A stretch of DNA of 64,000 bases from a virus (Duplodnaviria; Caudoviricetes), in the IMG/VR virus record IMGVR_UViG_3300025066_000007; one strand, written 5' to 3'. Position 1 is the first letter of the stretch. Each line of letters opens with the position of its first letter. Of the stretch, positions 35,688 to 44,145 are shown piece after piece. The notes under the pieces are model-generated. The model was given only the letters and a program-made list of their open reading frames with translations. It was not told the DNA's origin and searched no databases. Both the position numbers and the translations under genes were made by a program.

Positions 35688-36369
35688 CTATGACCTCTCC
35701 TTCTATAAGAGCCCTATTATTAGCATCTAACATATTTAATTTGTTATCTAATCTCGTTACAAATACTGTGACTAGACTTGGGTCTATCTCCTGCAGAACG
35801 CTAAGAACGGCTTCCTTCAGAACTCTTGCCTGCTCGTTAACTACATTGATATTGACATTATGATCAATTCTCTTATCAGCAACACCCTCAATATACTTTT
35901 TCCAATCTTGCATCAAAGTCTTCATTGTATTTATATATTCGATAAAAACTTTGTCATCTCTAATGGTAGTTGTTGCACCGCTTTCCAGAAGATTATAATA
36001 ATACTCTATCCTTGATCCGATCAGCTTATCCATCTCCAGAAGTCTTCGAGAAACGTCAAGCTCTGCTCCGGCTATTTCATCTATTTTTCTTTGATAGGCA
36101 GAAGATGAGTTTATAACCATCTTAGTCTCTGCCTCTAAAGCTTTTTTATCTATCTCTGTTCTTCTGTTTTTTACGTCATCAAGAAGGTTGCCTTTCAGGT
36201 TTAGGTTCTCTCCTCTAAACTTTTGAAGCGTCATATATGACACATGGAGCCTTCTTGTTCTTGGATACTTCTTTTTCAGCCAAGCCTCAACTGACTTTAC
36301 TGAGTCGCCTTCCAGTAACTTTGAGATAATATCTTCCTTATCTGGATGATTTAAAACTTTCTTACTCAT
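35677..36369 (-). CDS. Candidate terminase small subunit
   Basis: N-terminal HTH-like HPDKEDIISKLLEGDSVKSVEAWLKKKYP...VSYMTLQKF followed by oligomerisation-type helices (resembles the Mu gp27/DUF3486 layout). Confidence 0.45.
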   Translation of the reverse strand: MSKKVLNHPDKEDIISKLLEGDSVKSVEAWLKKKYPRTRRLHVSYMTLQKFRGENLNLKGNLLDDVKNRRTEIDKKALEAETKMVINSSSAYQRKIDEIAGAELDVSRRLLEMDKLIGSRIEYYYNLLESGATTTIRDDKVFIEYINTMKTLMQDWKKYIEGVADKRIDHNVNINVVNEQARVLKEAVLSVLQEIDPSLVTVFVTRLDNKLNMLDANNRALIEGEVIDVY

Positions 36370-36393
36370 ATTTCCCCTGGTAACCTCTTGAAA

Positions 36394-36431
36394 GAAAAAG
36401 GCTCTGACTTATTTTACCAAGTCAGAGCCTT
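36394..36431 (-). terminator. Intrinsic terminator
   Basis: 13-bp stem AAGGCTCTGACTT...AAGTCAGAGCCTT followed on the minus strand by a T-rich tract. Confidence 0.8.
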
Positions 36432-36493
36432 AAGCGTCTACGAGAATTAATATTGCTATAATTTTCAATACAGCACTTAGCTCCCAACCCTCT

Positions 36494-37015
36494 TTAGAAG
36501 GCTTTCTTGATAACCCAGTCTAACATGTCCGCTTCTTTTATCAGGCCTTTTTCGTCCAATTGGCTTGCAAGATTCATAAGATCAGTTTGCAGTCCAACAC
36601 TGCCGCCTGCGATTTCTCTTCCATCTTCAGTTTTGAATCCTTCGTTATAATCGTAGATCTTATTTGTATATGGATCCTGCATTATACCGTCACCAATGCG
36701 CCTAGCCTGAACCCCCACTCTATCAGGAGAGTATCTGGTTGACAGAGAGGGACTTACCTCTCGTACTTCCGCCTTTGAGTCTTCATGATCTGAGCCGAGA
36801 TCATAAAGAGCCTCTGTCTCTCTGGACGGAACTTCTCCGCCTCTTTGGGAGAGGTACTTTTGTCTAGTCACATAATCTTCAACATTTGATTGGAAAGATT
36901 GAAAAATACCATGCTGATCAGCTGCAGCGACTTTGTGAAGATCCTCAAGCTTAGAGAGGTTCTTCGCAGAGGTTCCGGCCATAATGTTTAGGAGTTTAGA
37001 TTTTCGATCTTTCAT
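36494..37015 (-). CDS. Putative internal head protein with C-terminal shared tag
   Basis: C-terminus LMNLASQLDEKGLIKEADMLDWVIKKAF; LHKVAA motif. Confidence 0.65.
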   Translation of the reverse strand: MKDRKSKLLNIMAGTSAKNLSKLEDLHKVAAADQHGIFQSFQSNVEDYVTRQKYLSQRGGEVPSRETEALYDLGSDHEDSKAEVREVSPSLSTRYSPDRVGVQARRIGDGIMQDPYTNKIYDYNEGFKTEDGREIAGGSVGLQTDLMNLASQLDEKGLIKEADMLDWVIKKAF

Positions 37016-37019
37016 AATA

Positions 37020-38576
37020 TTATGTCAATGATACTTTAGATGTAGAGATCAGAACCCCTGTAGCGTCTGAATCTTTTGTCTGTGTTTTTCTGGTCATCGG
37101 CACAACTCGGCCCTTCGCATCAAAGGCAACCTTGCTTACAGGCAGGCCAAGACGAGGGCAGTAAAGCTGTACGGAAGTTGGAACATTAATCAGATCGCCT
37201 CTGTCAAATGCAGCCTTTATAAGCTCATCTCTTTCCGTGCTTCCCGATGCATGCTTGAGAAGTTTTGAAAAACGATCCAAAGAGGCAATGTATTTTTGGC
37301 CTCCAAATTTTTCCTCAATTACTTTGAGTGCAGCCTCTGCCTGCTTCAGGTTTGACTCAGCTACTCCACCATCAATCTGGTTAACAAGCTGAGAGTAGGT
37401 CATTCTGCCCATCTCTTCTGCTTCCCTAGAGACCTTGTTAATAGATTCGGTCTTTGCCGCATGCGAAAGCACGCTCTTTAGCCCAGCTGTATTCAGGCGA
37501 TACTTCTGTCCGGCAACAGAAAAATGAGAGGGAATAACCGGATTTCCGTTTGGCATATCGACAGGAATAGAGACTTCTACTTGGCCTAGAGAAGAGGGGA
37601 TTGAAGCCCTAAGCTCCAGAGTCTTCTTATTAGCAGATGCAAGCTTAATCTGAGCTCTATTTAGGCCCAAGCTAGAAAGTTCTGCAGAAACGATATTGAT
37701 TGCAGCACTTACCTGATCTCTACTAAATATAGTTGCCGCAGCGACTAGATCATTATCCAGATTTGCGTACTTCTCTAAAGCAGATGGAATAGCCGGGCTC
37801 TCTATCTTCAGTTCTCCGTAGGCTCTTTGCGCCTCATATTTCTTTTGAGAAGACTTTTTGGTAAAGTTGCTTGCGTCTTTAACAAAGATAAAAAGATTTT
37901 CCCTATTAAGACTGACCAGTTCGTCCTGCTGAATGAATGAAGTAGGAAGTGTCGGCAGACCGTTAGATACCTGAACCGGAATCGGAACATTTACCTGCAT
38001 AAAGTCTGTTGTACTTATGGAGGCATTGCATAAAACGAAATGCTCGTTTGACTTGACTGCAGTAACCTCAGACGGCTGATATCCGAGTGCGCTTAACTGT
38101 AGTTTTGCAAACTTCTCTGCCTTTCTGAGGGTATTGTCAGAGGCTGCAGTAAATGCCGCCTTCTTGTTTAGGGAAAATGCTCCAGAGAGCTCATCAGAAA
38201 GCTTGGAAGAAGCGTAAAGCGGCTCAAGCTTATTCTCGTAAGGAATTCTAGAAGAAACTTCGCTTCTCTTTGCCGGCTCAGTTGCTTGCTTGGAAACAAG
38301 CAAATCTTCTAGCTCGGTTCTAAATGCGGATCGTCCACCTGACATCCCATAAAGATGATCGTAAGTTTCAGAAATTTCTTTTTGAGAAACGAATGTTTGG
38401 CTAGATGCTTTCTTGACAAAAACATCTCTCATATGTCCAATTAGGGCATCGCCAGGGTTGTTCGCCGCAGAAGCCTCAAGCCTTCCCGCCACATAGCTAG
38501 TGGGATAAGTTTTGCCATTGTTGAGCTTATCCAGGGCCTTCTTGGCCTGCTCTACAATTTTCTTTAGTTGATCCAT
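37020..38576 (-). CDS. Putative internal head protein with two similar beta-rich modules
   Basis: VNVPIPVQVSNGLPTLPTSF and VEVSIPVDMPNGNPVIPSHF internal repeat; FVKKAS, LNKKAA and LLKHAS motifs. Confidence 0.6.
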   Translation of the reverse strand: MDQLKKIVEQAKKALDKLNNGKTYPTSYVAGRLEASAANNPGDALIGHMRDVFVKKASSQTFVSQKEISETYDHLYGMSGGRSAFRTELEDLLVSKQATEPAKRSEVSSRIPYENKLEPLYASSKLSDELSGAFSLNKKAAFTAASDNTLRKAEKFAKLQLSALGYQPSEVTAVKSNEHFVLCNASISTTDFMQVNVPIPVQVSNGLPTLPTSFIQQDELVSLNRENLFIFVKDASNFTKKSSQKKYEAQRAYGELKIESPAIPSALEKYANLDNDLVAAATIFSRDQVSAAINIVSAELSSLGLNRAQIKLASANKKTLELRASIPSSLGQVEVSIPVDMPNGNPVIPSHFSVAGQKYRLNTAGLKSVLSHAAKTESINKVSREAEEMGRMTYSQLVNQIDGGVAESNLKQAEAALKVIEEKFGGQKYIASLDRFSKLLKHASGSTERDELIKAAFDRGDLINVPTSVQLYCPRLGLPVSKVAFDAKGRVVPMTRKTQTKDSDATGVLISTSKVSLT

Positions 38577-38586
38577 TACATTCCCT

Positions 38587-39063
38587 CTAGTTTGTCTTAA
38601 AGATTTCGGGGAAAAGACCCCTTATTGCGGAGGCCTTTGCCTGTGTTTGGGAGTCTAAAACTTTACTTACAAAAGAACTATCGTCTGTGGCCATATCCAG
38701 TAGTGCTGATTTGAATATAAAAATATCCTCTGATGAATATCCGTATTCATCAGAGGAAAAAGCGCAAATAGGAACATTTTTATAGGATAAAGTTACACTA
38801 TTATGATCGTAATTGCTGGAAGCGCTCCAGTCTCCACCCTCTTTTGTTTGATATTTAGGATCAGAACTTCTTACTAAAAAGCTTTCTCCATTAATATCTT
38901 CGGACCTCCAGAGGTCATCATATTGATCGCCAAATACCTTGTACATATCAAACGCAACCTTTTTTATCGGCAGATCATCAGTTAGTTGAATTCGATCTTT
39001 TTCCGATAAATCGGTTACCTTATCCTTAGCTAACTTTAAGAGCACCTCATCTAGGTCTGACAT
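38587..39063 (-). CDS. Hypothetical head-module protein
   Basis: Start reassigned to ATG 39063 (GAGG RBS); LLKLAK and IKKVAF motifs. Confidence 0.65.
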   Translation of the reverse strand: MSDLDEVLLKLAKDKVTDLSEKDRIQLTDDLPIKKVAFDMYKVFGDQYDDLWRSEDINGESFLVRSSDPKYQTKEGGDWSASSNYDHNSVTLSYKNVPICAFSSDEYGYSSEDIFIFKSALLDMATDDSSFVSKVLDSQTQAKASAIRGLFPEIFKTN

Positions 39064-39094
39064 CAATTTATTCCTCGCTGTAAAATTTATCTTT

Positions 39095-39102
39095 ATTAAT
39101 AG
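39095..39102 (-). promoter_or_regulatory. CTATTAAT putative late-promoter motif
   Basis: About 32 nt upstream of the ATG at 39063, at the head of the head-gene cluster. Confidence 0.55.
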
Positions 39103-39155
39103 AAACAAACAAGTTCGACTAACAGGGCTGTTTCGCTATTATATATCTAAATATA

Positions 39156-39163
39156 ATTAGTAG
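39156..39163 (-). promoter_or_regulatory. CTACTAAT putative late-promoter motif
   Basis: Immediately after the stop of 39164..39604; second motif at the replication/head boundary. Confidence 0.55.
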
Positions 39164-39604
39164 CTAATCAGCTTCCTCTCTGTTTATCTCTTGAATTTTT
39201 TCCAGTATGTCCTTGATTCTATTGTTATTTTTGCAGATCTTCTGAAGCTTCTTGACTATCCCGCCATATCTTTTTTTATGGTTCTTATAATCAATGTTTC
39301 CATGCATTGCCTTATGGACTGCAGACTGAGTGATTCCTAGGTGTTCTGCTATATCATTTTGCGTTTTGCCCATTAGCCTCATAAACAATATCTTCTTCTG
39401 ATGATCAGTCAGGTGAGGTCCGTTTACTATTTCGTAAATTTCGTCAAGAAGCTCCTGCTTAAGATCTAGAATCCTCTCGTCCGATGTATTTGCCATCATA
39501 ACTTGGCCCATGCCACGATCAGATGAAAAATTATTTAATTTTGCAGACTCAAACGATATTTCGACAATTTTATACTGATATGATTTGCCCTTTTTCTTTT
39601 TCAT
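39164..39604 (-). CDS. Stand-alone sigma70 region-4/LuxR-like HTH protein
   Basis: LTDHQKKILFMRLMGKTQNDIAEHLGITQSAVHKAMH. Confidence 0.75.
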   Translation of the reverse strand: MKKKKGKSYQYKIVEISFESAKLNNFSSDRGMGQVMMANTSDERILDLKQELLDEIYEIVNGPHLTDHQKKILFMRLMGKTQNDIAEHLGITQSAVHKAMHGNIDYKNHKKRYGGIVKKLQKICKNNNRIKDILEKIQEINREEAD

Positions 39605-39607
39605 CGT

Positions 39608-40369
39608 TTACCAAATCTCCGGAATACTTTGCTTGAAGTCTGAAAAGAAAGACTCCTTAGTTTTATTGGGAGCAGAGAAGTATTCATCTACATCCTTGGC
39701 TCCAGCGGGAAGAGTCAGAAATCTAAGCCTCATGCCTTTGTTGATATACTTTTCATATATTCTTTCGGCAGAAGCTTTTCCTGCTGCATCACTATCCATA
39801 ATAAACGTAATCTTATCTGTATATCTGGCTAGTTTTATGAAATGTTTTTGCGAAAATGCAGTTCCACATATCGCTACAGTATTTTTAATAGAGTTCTGGG
39901 CCATAGAGAGGTAATCAAAAAACCCTTCTACAACATATACATTATTCTTTTTTAAAATTGAGCTTTTTGAATGATTCAGCCCATATAGTATATCGCCCTT
40001 TTTATAAGAGGAGTTTTTATACTTAGGGATTCCAATACTCTTCCTCTCTATGTCGGCAAGAAGTGATCTGCCACTAATTCCAACTGGATCATTATGCTCT
40101 GAGAAAATAGGAAAGACTAGATAGAAGTAACTCGCAAAGTCACTGCCTCCAGTAAAATTTGTGATGTTCAATCTCGCCAAAGCTTCTTCTGACACATGTT
40201 TCTTTAGCATATCTATGCTTTGCGGAAAGTATCCCAGCCTATTACTTCTGATAAGTTCTTTGGACAAACCTCGCTCCTTAAGAAGATACCTCAAGCAATC
40301 TTGAGAGGATCTTAGATTGGAGTGACAGATGCTAACTAGCTTAGAGAGATTTTCAAGATCTGTAACCAC
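39608..40369 (-). CDS. dnaG: DnaG-type primase catalytic core (TOPRIM), lacking the N-terminal Zn-binding domain
   Basis: PKYKNS...LYGLN...VYVVEGFFD...AICGTAF...FIMDSDAAG...KDVDE. Confidence 0.85.
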   Translation of the reverse strand: MVTDLENLSKLVSICHSNLRSSQDCLRYLLKERGLSKELIRSNRLGYFPQSIDMLKKHVSEEALARLNITNFTGGSDFASYFYLVFPIFSEHNDPVGISGRSLLADIERKSIGIPKYKNSSYKKGDILYGLNHSKSSILKKNNVYVVEGFFDYLSMAQNSIKNTVAICGTAFSQKHFIKLARYTDKITFIMDSDAAGKASAERIYEKYINKGMRLRFLTLPAGAKDVDEYFSAPNKTKESFFSDFKQSIPEIW

Positions 40370-40379
40370 TTAATAGTCC

Positions 40380-40718
40380 CTATTTCTCTTCTAAGGTTTC
40401 TAGCGTATTAAGCATGTAGCTAGTAATGTCTATCTTGCAGCCATCTCCATTATTGGGACAGCCCTTTCCGGTTAGAGTTCCCGTAGAAGTTGTGGCTTCA
40501 ACTGATTTATCGCATGTTTTGCACGGAAACATGAATGCCTTTCTTTTGCTATTTCGAACAATATCTCCAGCGGCCTTCATTGAAAGCTTTGCATAAGAAG
40601 AGATTCCTTCTAGTGTATCTCCACAATTATTGCAAACAACAGAATCTGCTTCCACATCAAGAGATGCATCTGTCATCCCATCACTTTTTTTACACCCAGG
40701 CGTACAACGAACTAGCAT
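40380..40718 (-). CDS. Small Cys-rich Zn-binding protein
   Basis: Eight Cys in four pairs: CTPGC, CNNC, CKTC, CPNNGDGC. Confidence 0.65.
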   Translation of the reverse strand: MLVRCTPGCKKSDGMTDASLDVEADSVVCNNCGDTLEGISSYAKLSMKAAGDIVRNSKRKAFMFPCKTCDKSVEATTSTGTLTGKGCPNNGDGCKIDITSYMLNTLETLEEK

Positions 40719-40719
40719 A

Positions 40720-41880
40720 TTATTTTAACCTCGCTATTAACGGATTTTCCTCTTCCACGTTTTCTATTCCATTTTCTACTGATGTCTCTGAGTCGCCCTC
40801 TCCAAGGTAAGCCTCTCGAATTGAGGAGGCGTACTCTTCGATAAGGTCAGGATGCTCCTTCGTTAGGAACTCGAAAGCAGCGTCTGCACCTCTAACTTTT
40901 TTTCCTCCAATTTCATAAGACTGAGAAGATGGCCTCGTTATAAGGCCATACTTGATTGCTAAGTCAAAAACCTCTCTGTCCTTCTGAACAACTCCTTTTT
41001 GATACTCTATTTTATACTCAGCTTTTGAAAATGGTGTTCCAACCTTATTTTTTTCAACTTTAGCCCGAACGGTATGCCCTATTCTCTCTCCATCCTCATT
41101 GGCGATAACAGAGTCAGAGGAAAAGTTTGGAGCCATATTAATCATGAGGCTGCATGCGTGCTTTAGGGCTCTTCCTCCGGGAGATGAGGTCGGGTCTCCA
41201 AACATCTTCCCCAAGTCTACTCGCACCTGATTGATTCCTATAAACGCAATATTTGCATGAGCAATTACAGGAGTTAGCTTTTTCAGTTCTGTCGACAAAA
41301 ATCTTGGGATAGGAGCCATGTTGGCTTTTCCGACTTCGGCTCTAATTTCAAGAGGGGTGTTCAAAACTGCAATAGAGTCCAAAACTATAATGCCAAGGTT
41401 CTTAAATCTTGGATCAGTGCCTTCAATTACATGATCCAAGATTCCTCTCATACCCTTTGAGACTTTCTTTGTAGCCTTATTTACTTTCACCTTTCCCAGC
41501 AAACCTTCAAATATCATCTTTGCATCATTCGTTTTGATGACCATTACGCGAGACGTATCAACACCCTGCTTTGCGGCCCACGCTGGATCGTAAGTATACT
41601 CTGCATCGATAAATAATGCCGTATTATCAGGATTTTCATTCAGATATTCTCTTATACATGAAAGAGAAAGCATGGTCTTGCCAGAGCTCTCTTGGCCTGC
41701 AAGCTGGGTGATTCTTCCTCGCGGAATACCTCCGATTCCAATTGCTTCATCCAAAGAGGGGCTTCCGGTGCTTATAGCCTCGTATTTTGTAGATATATTT
41801 CCATCAAAAAAGATCGCGTCTTCTCCGAAGAACTTCGTAATTTCCTTCTGCGCCTCAGAAGGACTCAATAACTTTGACAT
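40720..41880 (-). CDS. recA: RecA/UvsX recombinase
   Basis: STGSPSLDEAIGIGGIPRGRITQLAGQESSGKT, FIDAE, IVLDSIA, FIGINQVR, PGGRALKH, KVEKNKV. Confidence 0.95.
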   Translation of the reverse strand: MSKLLSPSEAQKEITKFFGEDAIFFDGNISTKYEAISTGSPSLDEAIGIGGIPRGRITQLAGQESSGKTMLSLSCIREYLNENPDNTALFIDAEYTYDPAWAAKQGVDTSRVMVIKTNDAKMIFEGLLGKVKVNKATKKVSKGMRGILDHVIEGTDPRFKNLGIIVLDSIAVLNTPLEIRAEVGKANMAPIPRFLSTELKKLTPVIAHANIAFIGINQVRVDLGKMFGDPTSSPGGRALKHACSLMINMAPNFSSDSVIANEDGERIGHTVRAKVEKNKVGTPFSKAEYKIEYQKGVVQKDREVFDLAIKYGLITRPSSQSYEIGGKKVRGADAAFEFLTKEHPDLIEEYASSIREAYLGEGDSETSVENGIENVEEENPLIARLK

Positions 41881-41898
41881 TTATTCTCCAATCGTTAT

Positions 41899-43545
41899 CT
41901 AGTATTTGTGTGCTAAGGTTCCCTCTTGAGGGGGCCTCCAGCCGGCAGGAGCCTGCCAGCTTGATGGATTTTCTGGCTGCTCGGAAACTACAGCGTCAGT
42001 ATTTATGAGTAAAAGAGATATGCTTGTTGCGTTTTCTAGAGCAGTCTTTGTAACTTTTTTCGGGTCAATAACGCCTGATTTAACTAAGTCTTCAAATGAA
42101 TTTGTAGCAGCATTATATCCATAGTTATTATTAAGCTTCTTCAATACTTTGTCCACAATTTTATCGCCATCAGCATAAGCATTTGCAGCAATTTGTCGCA
42201 TAGGCCTTTCACACGCGTCTATGAGTACGCGTGCGGCTGGAACAAGCTCTTCATCCAGAAGGCTTAGATCTACTTGACTTGCCGCACGAAGAAGAGCCGT
42301 ACCTCCGCCAGGAACGTACCCCTCTTCTATTGCAGCTCTTGTTGCGCAAATAGAGTCGTCAACCCTGTCGCCCTTCTCCCTAAGCTCTAACTCCGTAGAA
42401 TATCCGACAGCAACAACTGCCGCTTTATTCTGGATAAAAGCTATCCTCTTTTTTGTATCGAGCCTTTCATTGTCTCCAATAAGCGTCAACAAGTCTTTTT
42501 TGTAAAGCTCAAGCTTTTCTTCGAATCTGGCCTGATCCCTATTTCCTTCTAATATTTTTGTGGAATATCTATCAACCGTCACTCTCTTGGCAGATCCTAG
42601 GTCAGAAACCTTGGCCTCCTTAAGGGGAACGCCTCCTTCTCCTGAGAATACTTTTGTGCCGACGAGAACAGAGAGGGCTTCTAGCCATTCATTTTGAGCG
42701 GATCCAAATATCGGAAGGCTTACAGCGACAGCCCTCAACCTACCAAGCTTATTGTTCGCAACAAGAGTAGCGAGAACCTCCTGCTTTACGGATTTGGCGA
42801 GGATTAAGACGGGAATATTGTCTTCAGATAATTGATTAAATAACCCCAGGCAAGATGTCAGATTTGAAATATCATCATTGCAAATGAGAATTTTGCAATT
42901 ATTAAGCCTAACATCTGTTTGGCCTTCTTCGGTTAGGAAGGCAGGAGTTACAAATCCAGATTTTATTTCAACTCCATCTGCAAATCTAACAGAATTTCCT
43001 GCGCCAGGAAATGCCTCTGCAACAACTGTTCCGTCCATACCTACTGCATGAAATGCTTCTGCTATTTTGCTGCCAAGCTCCGGATCATTATTTGCAGATA
43101 TTGACGCAATATTCACAAGATCCTCCAAGGAGGATACATCGATAGCCATTGTGTTTAGATTCTTGGTAATCTGTTTTAGAGCCCACTCTATTCCAATCCT
43201 AAAGTTCAAGGGACTATAGTTTTCATCAATAAGCTTACATCCCCGCTTCAAAATTTCATGAGTCAAAACTGTAGCTGTAGTGGTTCCGTCACCTGCTACG
43301 GCAGCCGTCCTTCCCGCTACCTCTTTTATGAGTTGACACGCAAGCTCTTCTACGGGCTCTTCTAAAGTAATCTCCCTTGCAACAGTGACTCCGTCTTTAG
43401 TGAGAACTGGAGCTCCAACATATTTGCCCAGAATTACATTCTTTCCTTGAGGGCCCATCGTTACTGCCACAACTTTGGCTAACTTTTCAGCGCCGGAAAG
43501 AATCTTCTTTCTTGCTTCACTCTTAAAGGTTAAATCTTTGGCCAT
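41899..43545 (-). CDS. groEL: Chaperonin GroEL
   Basis: TMGPQGKNV, TKDGVTVA, GDGTTTAT, GYVPGGG, GVIDPKKVTKTALENA. Confidence 0.95.
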   Translation of the reverse strand: MAKDLTFKSEARKKILSGAEKLAKVVAVTMGPQGKNVILGKYVGAPVLTKDGVTVAREITLEEPVEELACQLIKEVAGRTAAVAGDGTTTATVLTHEILKRGCKLIDENYSPLNFRIGIEWALKQITKNLNTMAIDVSSLEDLVNIASISANNDPELGSKIAEAFHAVGMDGTVVAEAFPGAGNSVRFADGVEIKSGFVTPAFLTEEGQTDVRLNNCKILICNDDISNLTSCLGLFNQLSEDNIPVLILAKSVKQEVLATLVANNKLGRLRAVAVSLPIFGSAQNEWLEALSVLVGTKVFSGEGGVPLKEAKVSDLGSAKRVTVDRYSTKILEGNRDQARFEEKLELYKKDLLTLIGDNERLDTKKRIAFIQNKAAVVAVGYSTELELREKGDRVDDSICATRAAIEEGYVPGGGTALLRAASQVDLSLLDEELVPAARVLIDACERPMRQIAANAYADGDKIVDKVLKKLNNNYGYNAATNSFEDLVKSGVIDPKKVTKTALENATSISLLLINTDAVVSEQPENPSSWQAPAGWRPPQEGTLAHKY

Positions 43546-44084
43546 TATTTGTTCCTATGTTTATAGATATAAGTCAGACAAACCGCAATAGCGTCTGCCT
43601 CGTCAAGACATTCTTTTGCAAGATTCCCTGCTCGATTATCTCTAACTTTAAAGTTAGAAAAATAAGTCTTAACATATTCAAAAGCTTCTTCTTTTGAAGA
43701 TATTTTTGTTTTTGCAAGCTTGCTGAGGCAAGACCTAATCGTAACTACAGCATAGCTTTCTGGCTCCACATTTAATGCTTTCAGGCAAGCTACAGAGGTT
43801 ATCTCGTTAAAAAACGAAAGTGTAATTATTGTCCTTGCTGTACTTCTGCCCTTCGGAAATCTACTTGCGTAAGCCTCAATTGCCACGAAATCTGGATCCT
43901 TTTTCTTCAAGAAGTCCTTGATCGTATCGAAATAATCTGCAGCACGAAAGGCCAGAGAGCCTTTCTTCGATTTAGGCGGCTTGATGTGGCCGTACTCCAA
44001 AAGAATTTCCGACTTATCATCATACTCTACTAAGCTCCAACCGACAGTTGAAGAGGATATGTCTAAACCTAATATTTTCTTCAT
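43545..44084 (-). CDS. ruvC: RuvC-like Holliday junction resolvase
   Basis: ILGLDISSSTVGW, VAIEAY, DEADAIAV. Confidence 0.85.
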   Translation of the reverse strand: MKKILGLDISSSTVGWSLVEYDDKSEILLEYGHIKPPKSKKGSLAFRAADYFDTIKDFLKKKDPDFVAIEAYASRFPKGRSTARTIITLSFFNEITSVACLKALNVEPESYAVVTIRSCLSKLAKTKISSKEEAFEYVKTYFSNFKVRDNRAGNLAKECLDEADAIAVCLTYIYKHRNK

Positions 44085-44085
44085 A

Positions 44086-44123
44086 AAAAGGGCGTATAGA
44101 GATTATACTCTATACGCCCTTTT
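44086..44123 (-). terminator. Intrinsic terminator after ssb, T-tract abutting the ruvC ATG
   Basis: 16-bp stem AAAAGGGCGTATAGAG-TATAAT-CTCTATACGCCCTTTT then T-ATG. Confidence 0.85.
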
Positions 44124-44145
44124 AAATTAATCATGCAAAAGGATC

